Positions 52,601-64,000 of a DNA stretch of 64,000 bases are shown piece after piece; the first letter of the stretch is position 1, and each line of letters opens with the position of its first letter. Below the pieces are notes generated by a model, which did not search any database, was not told where the DNA came from, and worked only from the letters and a program-made list of their open reading frames with translations. Source of the stretch: Paragordius varius (Eukaryota > Animalia > Nematomorpha); contig OZ176059.1 of the NCBI GenBank assembly GCA_964247055.1, positions 1,860,001 through 1,924,000 on the forward strand. The letters run 5' to 3'. The position numbers were made by a program, and so were the translations under genes.

Positions 52601-55600
52601 TGCCCAAAAACATATATTCGTTATTTGGGTTAATTTAAAAAGTTCAAAGGGTGAATTTGATTTAAATAGGTATACCATTTACAATTCAAATTCACCCTTA
52701 AACAATTCAAATTCACCCTTAAACAATTCAAATTCACCCTTAAACAATTCAACTTAACCCTCAAATAAAAATTAAAAATTATCTCTATTTTAATATATTT
52801 TAAAATATATATTTTGTTTTAAATTAAATTAATACAAAAAATAATAAACTATGCCATAAAGATAAATTTCATATTAATAATGAGCTATATTATTTCAAAA
52901 ACACATAATTTTTTAGAATAAATTTGAATGTTTAAGGGTGATTATAAATTGTTCAAGGGTGTTGTTTGAATGGCATATTGAAACACGTCTAAAAACATTC
53001 AAAACTTCATTCTATTTACAATCCTATTACCTTATTTAAAAATTAAAAATAACATATTTAAAAGGCATTCATACGCTTTGAAATTTCATAAAACAAACTA
53101 TTTAAACAAAGTAACTAACTAGGAAAATGGCGTCCAAAAGCGTAAGGTTGAAACTTTGGGAGTAAGTTGAGTCCGCCCGGTTCAAAGATTGGTTCACTGA
53201 CAACGTAGCTGTGTAGGAACGCGGTTTGTGGCACGGTGATCACGTGATCCCCACGTGAACTACACGTGTTTGCCAAGTCAGGTGCCCAAACGCCACATGC
53301 ATTTACCAGCGCATCACATGTGACATCATGTGATTGCTTAGCAGTAGCACCATCATCCATAAGCAGACGAACACCCTTAATACGTGACGAGGTATGCGTC
53401 ATCACGTGTTGTTGTTCATCGTTTGGAGCGGTTAAAATTGATTTAACAGATGTATTTTCAAATACCTATAAGGTGTGTTTTAAATGCTATTTTTAATCCT
53501 TTTTTTTAATTTTTAGATTTAAGTTTAGTAAATACAATAACCAGTAATAGGACATAGCTGTATTTTAAACGGATAAAATGGTATTTAATTCATAAGTATT
53601 TTTACATGTTAAGGATCTAAAGCTTTTAAAAATGCTTTCAAAAGTTCATAATTGGTTATTTTTTATAAAAAAAATATTTCTCTACCTGAGCACCGCGGGT
53701 TTTAGCCCACCCCACAAGAGCGTTACAGTAGGTGTTAGGGTCAACACCCCCATCCCCAGGGCTGTAAAGTGCCCCAAAAACTTGGGACGGGTCAATCAAA
53801 CAATGGACGTCGGAGAGTTCGCATGGCCGTAACATGTAGGATTGAACATCAAAAAATTTACCAAGCTAGAGATAAGATATATTTTGATGGAAAAATGTAA
53901 TAATTTAAAGACAAATATTTTTTTATAAAATGACAGTCCTAATTTTTTAAACTTGATTCCTTTGAATTTATTTGACCCGTGTCAAACTGCAATTACAATT
54001 GTGAAATTTATATAGGATAGATTAAGTTTTAAAAAGTATAGTTAGTAGTCTTTTGAACAAATAATTTGGCTTTGTATTTTACGTTATATCTGTATTATTT
54101 GAAGTTATACCTGTGTATATTCTACCCATAAAAAAATTAGACAATTAAATCGTATTAATGCGTGACAATTTTTAATGCTAGCACCATCATTAGACTAATG
54201 GAGGTTTGTCGCATCTTTTCACATATATTTTAAACCCTAATATTGCATTTATATCAAAGTAGCTTAAAAAGTTTAAAAGATATTTGAAAAATGACATATA
54301 AATGTAAAAATTTTAAGTTACATTCGTTCGCCATTTAAAAAAAAATATAGAAAGGCGGCGTGAGATGAGAATTTACAATTTTATATTTTTTAAAAAAATA
54401 AAATTTTTGGTATAATGCGCCTCAAACGCTAAAGAACGCATTTTTTACAATCGGCTTAATATCTTACATACTTTTTAAATATTTAAATTTTAAATCGCTC
54501 TGGGATACTAATCTGCCCAAAGGGTGTTGGGGTGTTAAACAAATTTAACTCTGTAATAGAAAAAAATGGGAATAAGTTCCTTTTTTATACTAAAAAAGTA
54601 TTATAATTATTACTAACGCAATACAAACGCAATTTTCGGTATAAACATTGCCATAAAATGAAAAACGGCTTATTTGGTGACATTAAATAATAAATATATT
54701 ACAGTAATGAGAAATTTTTGGTGATTATCATTAAATGGTTACAATAAGGGCATATATTCCACATGTGCATTATTATGTATCATTTTAGATATTTAACATT
54801 CCGATTCAAATTGGGGTACACAAATACCGCAGACTATATTTATTAGGTTAATATTTTTAAAAAGCTACTGAAAGAAACAATCCCATTTACATTTATGCTT
54901 CTATCCTAATAAAAATTATATAGGCGTATCTAAATAAAATTCAGTTTCGAAATAAAAATTTCATATCATAATACTTCAATACCATTTTTATTTACAACAT
55001 TTTGCACAATATCATGTATTTTTAATTTTAAAGGTAAAATTAAGCTAATTTTATATTTAAATCACTTCTAACATAGATAGAAAGAGAAAACATGGTTAAT
55101 TTTGTATATTTAGATTTAGTTAATGCATATATGTCATCGTTTGGTTGCCTTAAAATAAGTAAAGTATTTTTAAATAATTTTTTTCATATTTCGGTTCATT
55201 AATGTTTTATAAGTGCAAACATTTGCTATGGTTTCAATTCCTTCCATATTTTTTAAAGTATTTAATGAGGATCCAACGACCCCAATTTGAATCGAAGGAC
55301 CAAAAATGAATGTGTTCTATTCTAATGTTAATTAAACAGTGCATTTTTATTATCCATTATTTCAGAAATGTATAATATATCTTATAAAAATAAAAAATCT
55401 CATACATGTGGTGGCAACAACAACAGACGACAAATAAATTAAACCAATCATTTTTAGTTATTTACAGTCATGTATCCTTTATAAAATTTATTCTTTTCAT
55501 TAAATTTGTATAAATATTTGGCAAAGAATGGATAAAACAAGAGCTCTGTGGTAATTTTTATACTTTATTGATGAATATGATATTGTTAATACCATATAGC

Positions 55601-57026
55601 TCTTGTTTTTTCCATTATTTACCAAATAGTTATACCCATTTAGTGAAAAAAAATAAATTTATGATAAAATAAAGGATACATGACTGTAATATACGAAACT
55701 AGCCAATAAGAGCAGTCGTTCGTTATTGTATAAAAGTGATAGGTTAACCATAGTACGCACATGCGCACATGAAACAAGTAGTATGGTCTCGCCTAACATT
55801 GGCTAAAATTATAATTCGCAGTATCTAAAATAAGTTTATAACGTTTGTATAAAACTGTAGTAAAAAATCCATATTTCACTCAACATGTCATAACAGGAAA
55901 ATTTAGTTTAGACCAAAAAAAATTTTAAATTAGATTTTTAAACAAGGTCAAGTCAGGCTGTCACACAAACAAAAATACAAGACAGAAATTAAGCATTAAA
56001 CAATCAAACACCAAATATAAAAATATGGGAAAAAAATTCAAAAGCATTCAAATCTACTTCTTATGTATGGAAAAAAACAAATGGTTATAAAATTTAACAT
56101 TTTTCCCCTATTATTCATTCAATTTTGGATTAACTTTCTTTCATAGTATACGCTACTGTATTATATAGTAATGACCTTTTATAAACATAAAATGTTATAA
56201 CATTATGTGAAATAAAATTTCAAACATATGTTAAATTATCATAAATAATTTATATCAAAAAAATAAATATAATTTAATGGCATTCCGCATAAATTAAGAT
56301 AGAAAAGTTATGATAAATCCTTAAGTAACTTTAAAATATTATAATATATTAAATGATTGATAATTATAAAATAATTTATAAATTACTAAAAAAATGTAAT
56401 TCTATAAAAAAATAACTGTTTGTAAGCGTTGGTATTCTTTAAGGCGTTCAGCATTAGAGGCGATAAATACGCCTCCATTTTCTTCCCAGCCAGATGGTTG
56501 ACCAGTTTCTTTCTCCAAATTTTTCATGAGCCAACGCGTATAATTAAGTAATTGTATCTCGGTATCATTTGGTCTAAGTCTCCAAACTAAACCTATAGAA
56601 TTGTATTTAAGCAAAGTTTTAAAAATAAGGTTTGATAAAATGAAACAAAAAAGATTAAAAACCTCCAGTATGCCAGGTTGTACCGCTTGTAAGTTGGGCC
56701 CGTTCAATAAGGGCTACATTTGTAACATTATCTTTAACTAAATGATATAACATGCTACAACCAAATACACCTCCGCCAACGATAATAACGTCATAATGTT
56801 TTTTCAATTGATGATCTGTCGAGGCGTTCGAACAAAGATTTCGAATAATTTGGAAATGTAAGTTACTAGCATATTTATTTACAAGGAATGATTTATGTTT
56901 TTTATTTATAGAAATGCTATAGTTATTTGAATGTTTAAATGTTAAAAAATTATTAAATTTTAAACAAGCGTGGATACTAGACATATGTGAATGCACCAAT
57001 GGAGGTGTGCAATATGAAAAAATCAT
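25775..57026 (-). CDS. SARDH: Mitochondrial sarcosine dehydrogenase, complete, about 1,210 aa (1,196 aa from the second ATG at 56984)
   Basis: Exons (minus): 57026-56663, 56592-56417, 53865-53686, 53465-53120, 51998-51603, 51258-51081, 45408-45267, 43669-43539, 41805-41648, 40856-40741, 39781-39358, 37553-37400, 36206-36029, 35655-35550, 28268-28043, 27168-27023, 25986-25775 (3633 nt, open frame). Motifs: FAD-binding [21 protein letters not shown] (covalent-flavin His), [63 protein letters not shown] and C-terminal [15 protein letters not shown]. The N-terminus is basic and acid-poor, like a mitochondrial presequence. Confidence 0.95.
28900..32520 (-). mobile_element. Decayed Ty3/gypsy LTR retrotransposon (PBS-gag-protease-RT-RNase H remnants) in SARDH intron 14
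   Basis: PBS-like TGGTGTCGTGA at 32514-32504. Gag-like [25 protein letters not shown] and a zinc-knuckle remnant [14 protein letters not shown]-like VEKEIDRL...[11 protein letters not shown] and [12 protein letters not shown]. RNase H-like [16 protein letters not shown]. Many stops and frameshifts; boundaries approximate; interrupted by a family A MITE. Confidence 0.8.
33010..33990 (+). mobile_element. Internally deleted gypsy-type element (U5-PBS-gag start ... pol end-PPT-LTR start)
   Basis: PBS TGGTGCCGTGA (33051-33061) overlaps the ATG of [10 protein letters not shown]. The pol-like end [10 protein letters not shown] is followed by the purine tract AAGAAGAAAAGAAA and then TGTAAG at 33973. 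Confidence 0.58.
34006..35384. mobile_element. Foldback-type element, about 1.38 kb, with about 500-bp inverted arms and 21-bp subrepeats
   Basis: It starts TATACCATTTTTCATGCAAAAACATC and ends GATGTTTTTGCATGAAAAATGGTATA. The arms (about 34006-34510 and 34955-35384) contain TTTTTTCAAGCAAACGCAACA-type tandem units. Confidence 0.85.
41885..42860 (-). pseudogene. Decayed mariner (DD34D-type) transposase in SARDH intron 8
   Basis: Minus-strand fragments in the correct order: HTH-like TCETWFR...[20 protein letters not shown] (first catalytic Asp), [20 protein letters not shown] (degenerate YSPDL) and [19 protein letters not shown]. Multiple stops and frameshifts; no intact TIR pair was recognised. 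Confidence 0.83.
44390..45300 (-). repeat. Degenerate tandem array of the SARDH exon 7 3' end plus its 5' splice site
   Basis: ATTAGACAATCCCCCTTATATAAG|GTAAGT (true donor 45266) is echoed with GT at 45080, 44913, 44818, 44707, 44566 and 44411. Confidence 0.72.
46727..48605 (+). mobile_element. Gypsy fragments (integrase, then gag) in SARDH intron 6
   Basis: KPGILWAYR and [10 protein letters not shown] are integrase core/C-terminal motifs. [36 protein letters not shown] is gag-like, and KPCFKCSR is a zinc-knuckle remnant. The region is interrupted by family A and B MITEs. Confidence 0.7.
48630..50980 (-). mobile_element. Decayed gypsy element (gag - RNase H - integrase) in SARDH intron 6
   Basis: The gag segment 50980-50660 is the inverted homologue of about 48130-48470. 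RNase [18 protein letters not shown]...[10 protein letters not shown]. Integrase zinc finger [10 protein letters not shown]...FWP...[13 protein letters not shown]. Integrase C-terminus is homologous to 46727-47520. Confidence 0.8.
55463..55688. mobile_element. MITE family C, second copy
   Basis: TACAGTCATGTATCCTTTAT...ATAAAGGATACATGACTGTA termini; homologous to 21208-21431. Confidence 0.85.
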
Positions 57027-59435
57027 AAACAGAAATTTTTATTTAAATATGTAAAATGCTGGCTTTGTGACATTTTTGGGAAAATCAAGTCGGCCCATCC
57101 TTGTAAGGAAATTTATATATATATATATATTCAAAAGGCGCCTACGGTTACTAGGTCATTTTCTTGTAAAATATAAGTTTTTGCTATACAAAAGTCCAAA
57201 ATTATTAATTACTATTGGACAAACAATAGGAATCGTATGCTTATTCGAGTTTAAAAGCGGGCGTTTTGAACGTTTTTAATGGCCGAGGGTGACAGAGTGA
57301 TCTTTTTTGAACAAGCTCCACACCACATGGAAAAATGGAAATTTATAATGAACATTGGCATTAAAATAAATTATTAAAAAAGCGTAGAATTTAACTTTAA
57401 TAATAGGTTTTAATAATTTAAAATTCAGAGAAGTAAGTTAACATATTAATCAGTCCATTCTTGACCCTATAAAATAGGTTTTTTATTTAAAGATATTTAG
57501 GCAATTTTCGGAAAGTGCTATTTTTACTATCCTGATTAATTTAAGAAAGAAGTATTCACACTTGGTGGAAATGTTTACCATCACTGAATGTGATAAAAAA
57601 GCGTTTTTATAACATAAAATGTATTTTAACCATTTATCGTGACTCAAAATTGTATGAAAAACGCTTCAAAAAAAATTTGCTGAAAAATTAGATTTTTAAA
57701 ATATTTTTAGTCCATATCAAAATTTAACATATATTTATTATCACACAATTCCGACATTTTTGCGTTTATTTTAACAGAACTAGCATTTTAGCACAGCAAA
57801 AAAATGGTACTTTCGCAGTCTACATCTGCAAATATTTTTTGAAAATATTGCTTTTAGGTTTAAATATATTAGGAAAATTATTACCAAAGTCTCTAGGTTG
57901 CACTAAAAAATAAAAAATGTGCGTAATTTTGTCATTTTTTTTATATGGAGCACTTATCACAAAAGTGTAAATAATTTTCTGAAATCTTTCAAAAGGGTCA
58001 AAACCTAAAGCAATGATAATCTTGAAATTTTCGTATCATAATATATTTCATCAGGTTATTTTTTATACACCCCGTTTCTAACGCGGTGTAAGGAAATGGC
58101 AATTGCTCACGTTTTGTTAAATAATTTTTTTTGGTGAAAGCTGAATGCTATTTTAAATATATCACTAATATCATAAAATACATATAAAAAGCAAAACAAT
58201 ATTTTTATTAATTTTAATATTTAGATGTCAGCGAATGTACCAAATTTTGCCCTTTCAAAATGAGCTAATTCTTTAAAACTAATTCAAAAGCACCGAGATC
58301 TATAAAATTTTTTCATATACGCTGATTATGACATTATCATTGGAAATAAATGAAACCTGCCCAAAAATTGCATGCTATTTTGAAGCATGATTGTAACTGT
58401 ATAAAAGCGCTTTAAGAATTCTAAAAACATTTGTAATTATAATAAACTTCTATCGAATCAGAATTGATATTTAAAATATTCCTTTGTCCTAAAATGTTAA
58501 GATAATTTGTCTTCTTTATAAATTATTCCCTCAAATTTATAAGCAAACGTGACTTTTAAATTCTGATTGAAAAAATGCTTAGCCTTATTAAATTTTATAA
58601 AATAAGAATTTTATTAACCAACTTGAAAATACCATAAAACTTGCTTCGCTAATCTCATAAATTTTTTATCAAAATACCCACTTCTTTGAAATATGGAAAT
58701 TTAACATAAGAACTAGCCCATTTAAAGAAAACATTATTACTTTCGGAAATGACACCTAATTATTTTATAAAATTATGTTTTTTATATGTAATTTATGATA
58801 TATCTCTGATATTGGAATGAACTATTTTTTACCAAAAAAATTATTTAACAAAGTCTCTAATGCCATTTTTTGTGATGGAGTAGTCACACAAAAAGTGTCA
58901 ATCTCAAAAGGGATAAAACCAAAAGCACTATGATAATCTTGATACATTTTATTAATATATATATATATATATATATATCAGAATATCTTTGTGAACATGC
59001 TCTATTTGAAAGTGTTAATTCCTTTAGTTATAAATGTCGGAAAGAGGAAGCGCCATATAATCCTTATGTTCATGTCCCCTCTCTCTCTGAAAATGCTGTT
59101 TTATATAAATATAAATTTTAAAGTGATTTTCCAGGAGGCTAGGCTCTTTTGATTTTAAAAATATTTTTGCACTCTATCAGACGTGCCCTGTTCTTGAGCC
59201 TATATAGAAATATTTATATTTAAAGTATTCCAATTTAATACGCAGCATATATGTGAATTGGCTTTTGGTAGCCAAAAGAATCAAACTAAAAATTTAGAAA
59301 AGGTTCCCATAGTTACGATGTACACTTATGTAATTGTACGTTTAATTAATTCTGCATCTCGAAGGTTAACAGAACAATTTTATAAATTAGCTCCTGCTCA
59401 TACCCTTAGAAGTGATATGTACTACATTTCAACCA

Positions 59436-59722
59436 GGTGTCCAACACAAATGGCTTTGCGGGACGCATTATATCATAAATTCTAGCGGTCCGCATTCGCC
59501 ATATACATGGGCATATATAATTATTTTATTGGATTATATAAGACTGTAAAATGCAAACATGTTATAACAATTTTTCTAGTTCGATACCAATTGTACAGAC
59601 TTTTTCTAAGAAATTATTTATAAAATATAAATTTTATTGAGATTTTATAAGCATGTTTTGCCAAATTATAAATTTCCAAATTTTTTCGCGGGCAGCTCAA
59701 AGGGCCCCATGTTGTACCCCTG
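59436..59722 (+). mobile_element. hAT-like MITE
   Basis: CAGGTGTCCAACACAAATGGCTTTGCGGG...GGGCCCCATGTTGTACCCCTG. The flanking 8-mers ATTTCAAC and ACCTAAAC may be a decayed TSD. A further partial left end lies at about 59929-60000. Confidence 0.55.
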
Positions 59723-61405
59723 ACCTAAACTAATATTTAGAATCATATTTTAAGTTGATTGATAAACAACTCCTGCCAATGCCCGATTCCGAAAAATTAA
59801 CATTTAAATTATATTGAATCTTATTCAAACAATATTTTCTAATACTGTTCTAACAGTAAAAATTAAAATTATAAGACAAAACGTAAAAATTTAAGAGGCA
59901 AATTTTTTAAAAAGCAACACACTGTATCACCAGTGCCCAAAAATGAATGGCTTCGTGGGCCGCATTTTTAACTAAAAAAATCAGGCGGGGCACTTTCCAA
60001 AATATGTGTGCTGTAAAAAAATTATGAAAAATATAATTACCAATTATTTGATTTGCTACTTCATACAAAATTTAGTAAAAAAACATTTCAGAAAACTTGT
60101 TTGAATAATATTAATTTTACGTGTATTTTGTAAACTGCATTTTATAAATTATATATTTGGTATTTTTTGAAATTTTTATACGGGTTGCAAAATATTTTGG
60201 AATGACGGATATTGACCTTTGATTATCTTTTGGGTGGCAAAAGACCAAATGTAAATTGCTAACTTTAATATATTTTAAAAGTTAATTATATGGTTTATGT
60301 GGGAAAATCAAAGTTTCATAAAGTATGATTTTGTTTATTTAAAAAATTATCTTTTATCTTTTACGTTTGTCTCTAAATTTTAATTTTTATTGCATTTTGT
60401 TTTATATTTATCCTGGGGATAGAGCGGTTTTTAAGGCTCAGCTCAAAGTATTAAATCTAAAAATCTCAAATTTAATTAAAAATCTAAACCCCCTAATGGC
60501 TCTAATTTTTTTTGTTTTAATCTTTATTTTTGAATTCTTCTATCCTTACTATAGTATGACCATTGTCCAATTAGAGTGTGCACATTGATGCTGGCCTATT
60601 TTGGCATTCTTGTTGGCCAATTGGCAACACAGTAGTGTATGGGTAAAAACGACAGAATATTATTGAAAATAAACGATTTTTTCCTTTTTTATGATTAATT
60701 ATGGACAAAATTTGTTTTTTAACACACGCTACTTACTGCATTTGGCGAACAATAAAATCTAAATAGACCAGTATGTGCGCATTTTTTTAACCAAATTTTT
60801 ATAAGTTTGAATTACAGCGAGGCAGGAGTAAATGCTAGCCAATTATTAATAAAAATAAAAAAATAAATCTAATTAATTAAATCAACAAACTCATTGAATA
60901 AAAATCATGTTGTCATGGAATTTTTTAACAGTATGTCGAATGTATATTGTCATATAACTGTGAAACCAATAATGTACCATAAAACAATTAACAACAATAA
61001 TGAAACGATTCAATTGGGATAAAGTACGAAATATAAAGTACTTACTTTTAAATAAAATTACAGTAATAATTGAAATTATACAGACAGAACGTAAAAATAT
61101 AAAGACAAATATTTTTTCTAAAAGACGACCATCCTTTTTAATTCGGGTTTTTTTGAATATAAATCATTATTTTTTACTGCAAAGAATAATATAGAGTAGT
61201 AATTAATAACAGAATCAATTATGTATATTACGATTGTAATTAAATTATTTTTATAGGATAAATTGAGATTTAAAAAAAAGTATGGTAGGTTGTCTTTTGA
61301 AAAAAAATTTTGTCTTTATAATTTTACGTTTTGTCCATAGTATAATTTCAATTTTTACTGTAAATAGTTTAATGACATAATATATTTTTTATGATGATAA
61401 TCAAA

Positions 61406-64000
61406 TCACGGTTGCACAAAACGACCATAGTAAAGGATTGGACCACTCTTATGATAAACCATGTAACTGAAGGGTCGATTCAACACCAACTTTTCAATCG
61501 TTTCAGCTGGAATAATTTTTTTGCCATCGGTTGGTTTTGCAGCAGCTGCCGCTTTAGCCAAATCTCGACCATTGAAATAATCATCGCCGTAATAATCATC
61601 GTCATAACCCTCTCCTTCTTCATAATCCGTTATCTCCTCATATAAAGTAGGATCGTGAGATTCTGTATCTCCAACCAATTTTTCCATATCTTGGATATTG
61701 TTCATCATGTCAGCAAAATTGAAGCTAAATGAAAATGGTTTACTAGCGTTATTTTGAGTCGTCTCAGTTTGAGCTGCTTGTCTTGATTGAACTCCATCAC
61801 CAGTTTTAACGGTTGGTTTTTCAACCATTTCTTCCTCCGGCATATTAATGCCAAAAGCATTTAGCGTAAATGGAACGGTATGTTGAAAAACATCGAGCGT
61901 TAAGTTGAGTTTAGTATCATCCATGATACGGTTTAAGCGTCTAGAGAGAGATAGAGAGTACAGCAAATAAAAATAATAATTTATGGCATAAGGAAAAATT
62001 TTTTTTGACAAAATTAGTTCAAAATTTTAATGATTATATATTGATTCAATAAAATTAGACCATACTTTTCATCAAAATGGGTATTTATCAATTCAATAAT
62101 ATATCTTTATATAAAATAAAAAACTTTCTACCTCGTTTTTAGCAAAAAAATTTAACTACTTACGAAATAATAAAGGCAAAACATAAAAAGTGAAAATCAA
62201 ATGCTTTTTTAATAAAGAGACCATATTTTAACCCTTAATTTTGTATATATATTTTTGGTATGATGGTAATCTTTTAGGTTATGTAAAAAATTAAAAGATA
62301 AAAAAAATGTTAGCCATTTTACGTTTTATCCTTATAAGTTCATTAAATAGTTTTGCTTAAATGTAATTTTTTGAACAAATATTAAATATACATATCTCTT
62401 GTATGATTTAGGTAGAAAACGGATATACTTTTTATGACATGCTAATCTTTCACCAAATAAATCCATTACGTTTGTATGATGTATCGTTTGTTGATGTTTA
62501 ATTTTAGGTATAAGAAGTTGCATTTTTTTCGTGGTTGGTTTAAGGCCATCAATACCCATTCCAATTTCTCTCCAACTGAAAGCTTTATCAAAAGCGGAGA
62601 TGCTTGAATTCACATAAGGTACCATAAGTAACAAGACAAAATCCTTACCTTTCAAATCTAGTTTAATTAGTTTAGCTTGAAGGCTAGCCGAATCGAATGT
62701 CGTAAGGTGCGTAGGTTCCATTAACTCCATATATGGTATAATGGTGATACCCCCATCTCCGGCATGAAATATGTTAAGTTTTTGGGCTCTATAAAATTGA
62801 AAGTTTGTTTATGCGTATGCAAGAGTCTATGGTTAACAGGGATTAAGACTTTATTTTGCTACTTATTAAAGGTATTTTAAGTGCTATCGATACAAACACG
62901 GATTATAGGGTGTTATCGAATGACTTTATGGTTTTAGTAAAAACGTTTAAAACCATTTATACAAAATAAGCTATGAAATTAGGGAAACAATCATTTTTTG
63001 GCAATTGTTTAGCAAAAATATACTAAATATTATGCGCCCCTAAATTTAAATAATACAAATAGCTACATTATATGTCATATTATTAACTTTTAATTATATT
63101 TTCAAAAAAATATATAAATAAACGAAGATTTACAGGTTTTATTAAATGTTTTTAATTATCGAATTTTAAAAAGTTTAAACTGCAAACAGCTATGATACTT
63201 TAAAAACACAGCTTAAACCTGCTTTGTATTAAGACTCCTTAAAATCTATATTTTAAGCATTTGCTAATTAAATTTGGGTATGGTTTTCTAAAAACAAGCA
63301 GCTTTATTTATTAATGTACCTTCTTCTTTCTCCCTACTAAATTCAATAGTCTACTAAAATGGTTTTAATCATTTCACACCCTTTTTATCAAAGCTTGAAG
63401 ACATGAAAAGAGTAGATACCCATAATATTGACATTTATCTGACCGCCTAGGTTTGACAATGATAACGGATAAACCATACAGTTTCGTATATCGAACTGCT
63501 GACATAATTTAAAAGTTTACCCTTTCGTATCGAATGGGACATCCCATGAACTTTGAAAATACAACGTATTAAACACTAGGACTGAGAAAGGTTTAATTTT
63601 TTTTCCGTCATGAATTACATTTAGCATGACACCGTTTGAATCTTTAGCTACGAGTCGGTTAACCCGTTTCACCGTTTCGGGAACGGTTGACCATTTGTTG
63701 GTTCGGATAATTTTAACATTGAAAGCATCTCTAACACTCTTTTTGTAGGCGGCTTTAAGGTGTGGAACAGTACTATTTACAACCACATACGTTGTTAGTA
63801 TCAACGAGCTATCCGGTAGTATATTTTGTGCGTCCCCCTTATTTTTAGCAACTACTGACCTTGCAATGGATGTGGTTAAATTTTGGTTAGTTCGTTTATA
63901 CATTGCCGTGTTTGAGGGATGGGCCACACCCGCTATCCCATTTAGGCATGTTGAGCCGAGTTGGATAGCACTCAGCCCAAGCGTTAAACCATGAGGGCTA
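61406..64000 (-). CDS. Divergent serpin family protein, 3' part (5' end outside the window), with a greatly extended reactive-centre loop
   Basis: Exons (minus): >64000-63521, 62788-62429, 61940-61406; phases 2/2 match, 457 aa visible. Serpin motifs: SPHGLTLGLSAIQLG (shutter), VKRVNRLVAKDSNG, FNTLYFQSSWDVPFD (breach), IKLDLKGKDFVLLLMVP, LLIPKIK and C-terminal LVLNRPFSYMVYHKSGPILYYGRFVQP*. Confidence 0.9.

Noticed and set aside
56655-57026. Alternative identification as dimethylglycine dehydrogenase or PDP regulatory subunit
   Set aside because: [28 protein letters not shown] and [16 protein letters not shown] match SARDH rather than DMGDH (GSTWHAAG) as recalled; a phylogeny would confirm this.
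58930-59485. Two 63-75 aa ORFs between SARDH and the serpin
   Set aside because: No recognisable domain or consistent splice chain; the second runs into a hAT-like MITE end.

Overview
Very AT-rich (by eye about 75-80% A+T, not computed), intron-rich animal genomic DNA; the species cannot be identified from this window. I spliced five protein-coding genes by hand, all with GT-AG introns and consistent phases. (1) The 5' part of PRPF40A/Prp40 (minus strand, two WW domains, runs off the window start). (2) A complete AP-2 mu subunit AP2M1 (plus, 10 coding exons, 446 aa). (3) A 97-aa secreted CBM14/peritrophin-A chitin-binding prepropeptide (plus, 4 exons including a 17-nt microexon) that the ORF track misses entirely. 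(4) A complete sarcosine dehydrogenase SARDH (minus, 17 exons, about 1,200 aa, with many low-complexity insertions). (5) The 3' part of a divergent serpin (minus) whose reactive-centre-loop region is about 120 aa long and contains an acidic Tyr-rich tract. Introns and spacers hold two abundant TA-flanked MITE families, a 1.4-kb foldback element, hAT-like MITEs, a decayed mariner transposase, several decayed Ty3/gypsy fragments, a tRNA-derived SINE with a 19-bp target-site duplication, and a Penelope-type minimal hammerhead ribozyme motif with one core mutation. A recurring pattern is arrays of degenerate copies of exon ends plus their splice sites extending into neighbouring introns, in a genome with unusually weak 5' splice sites. 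No CRISPR array, rRNA gene or intact tRNA gene was seen.
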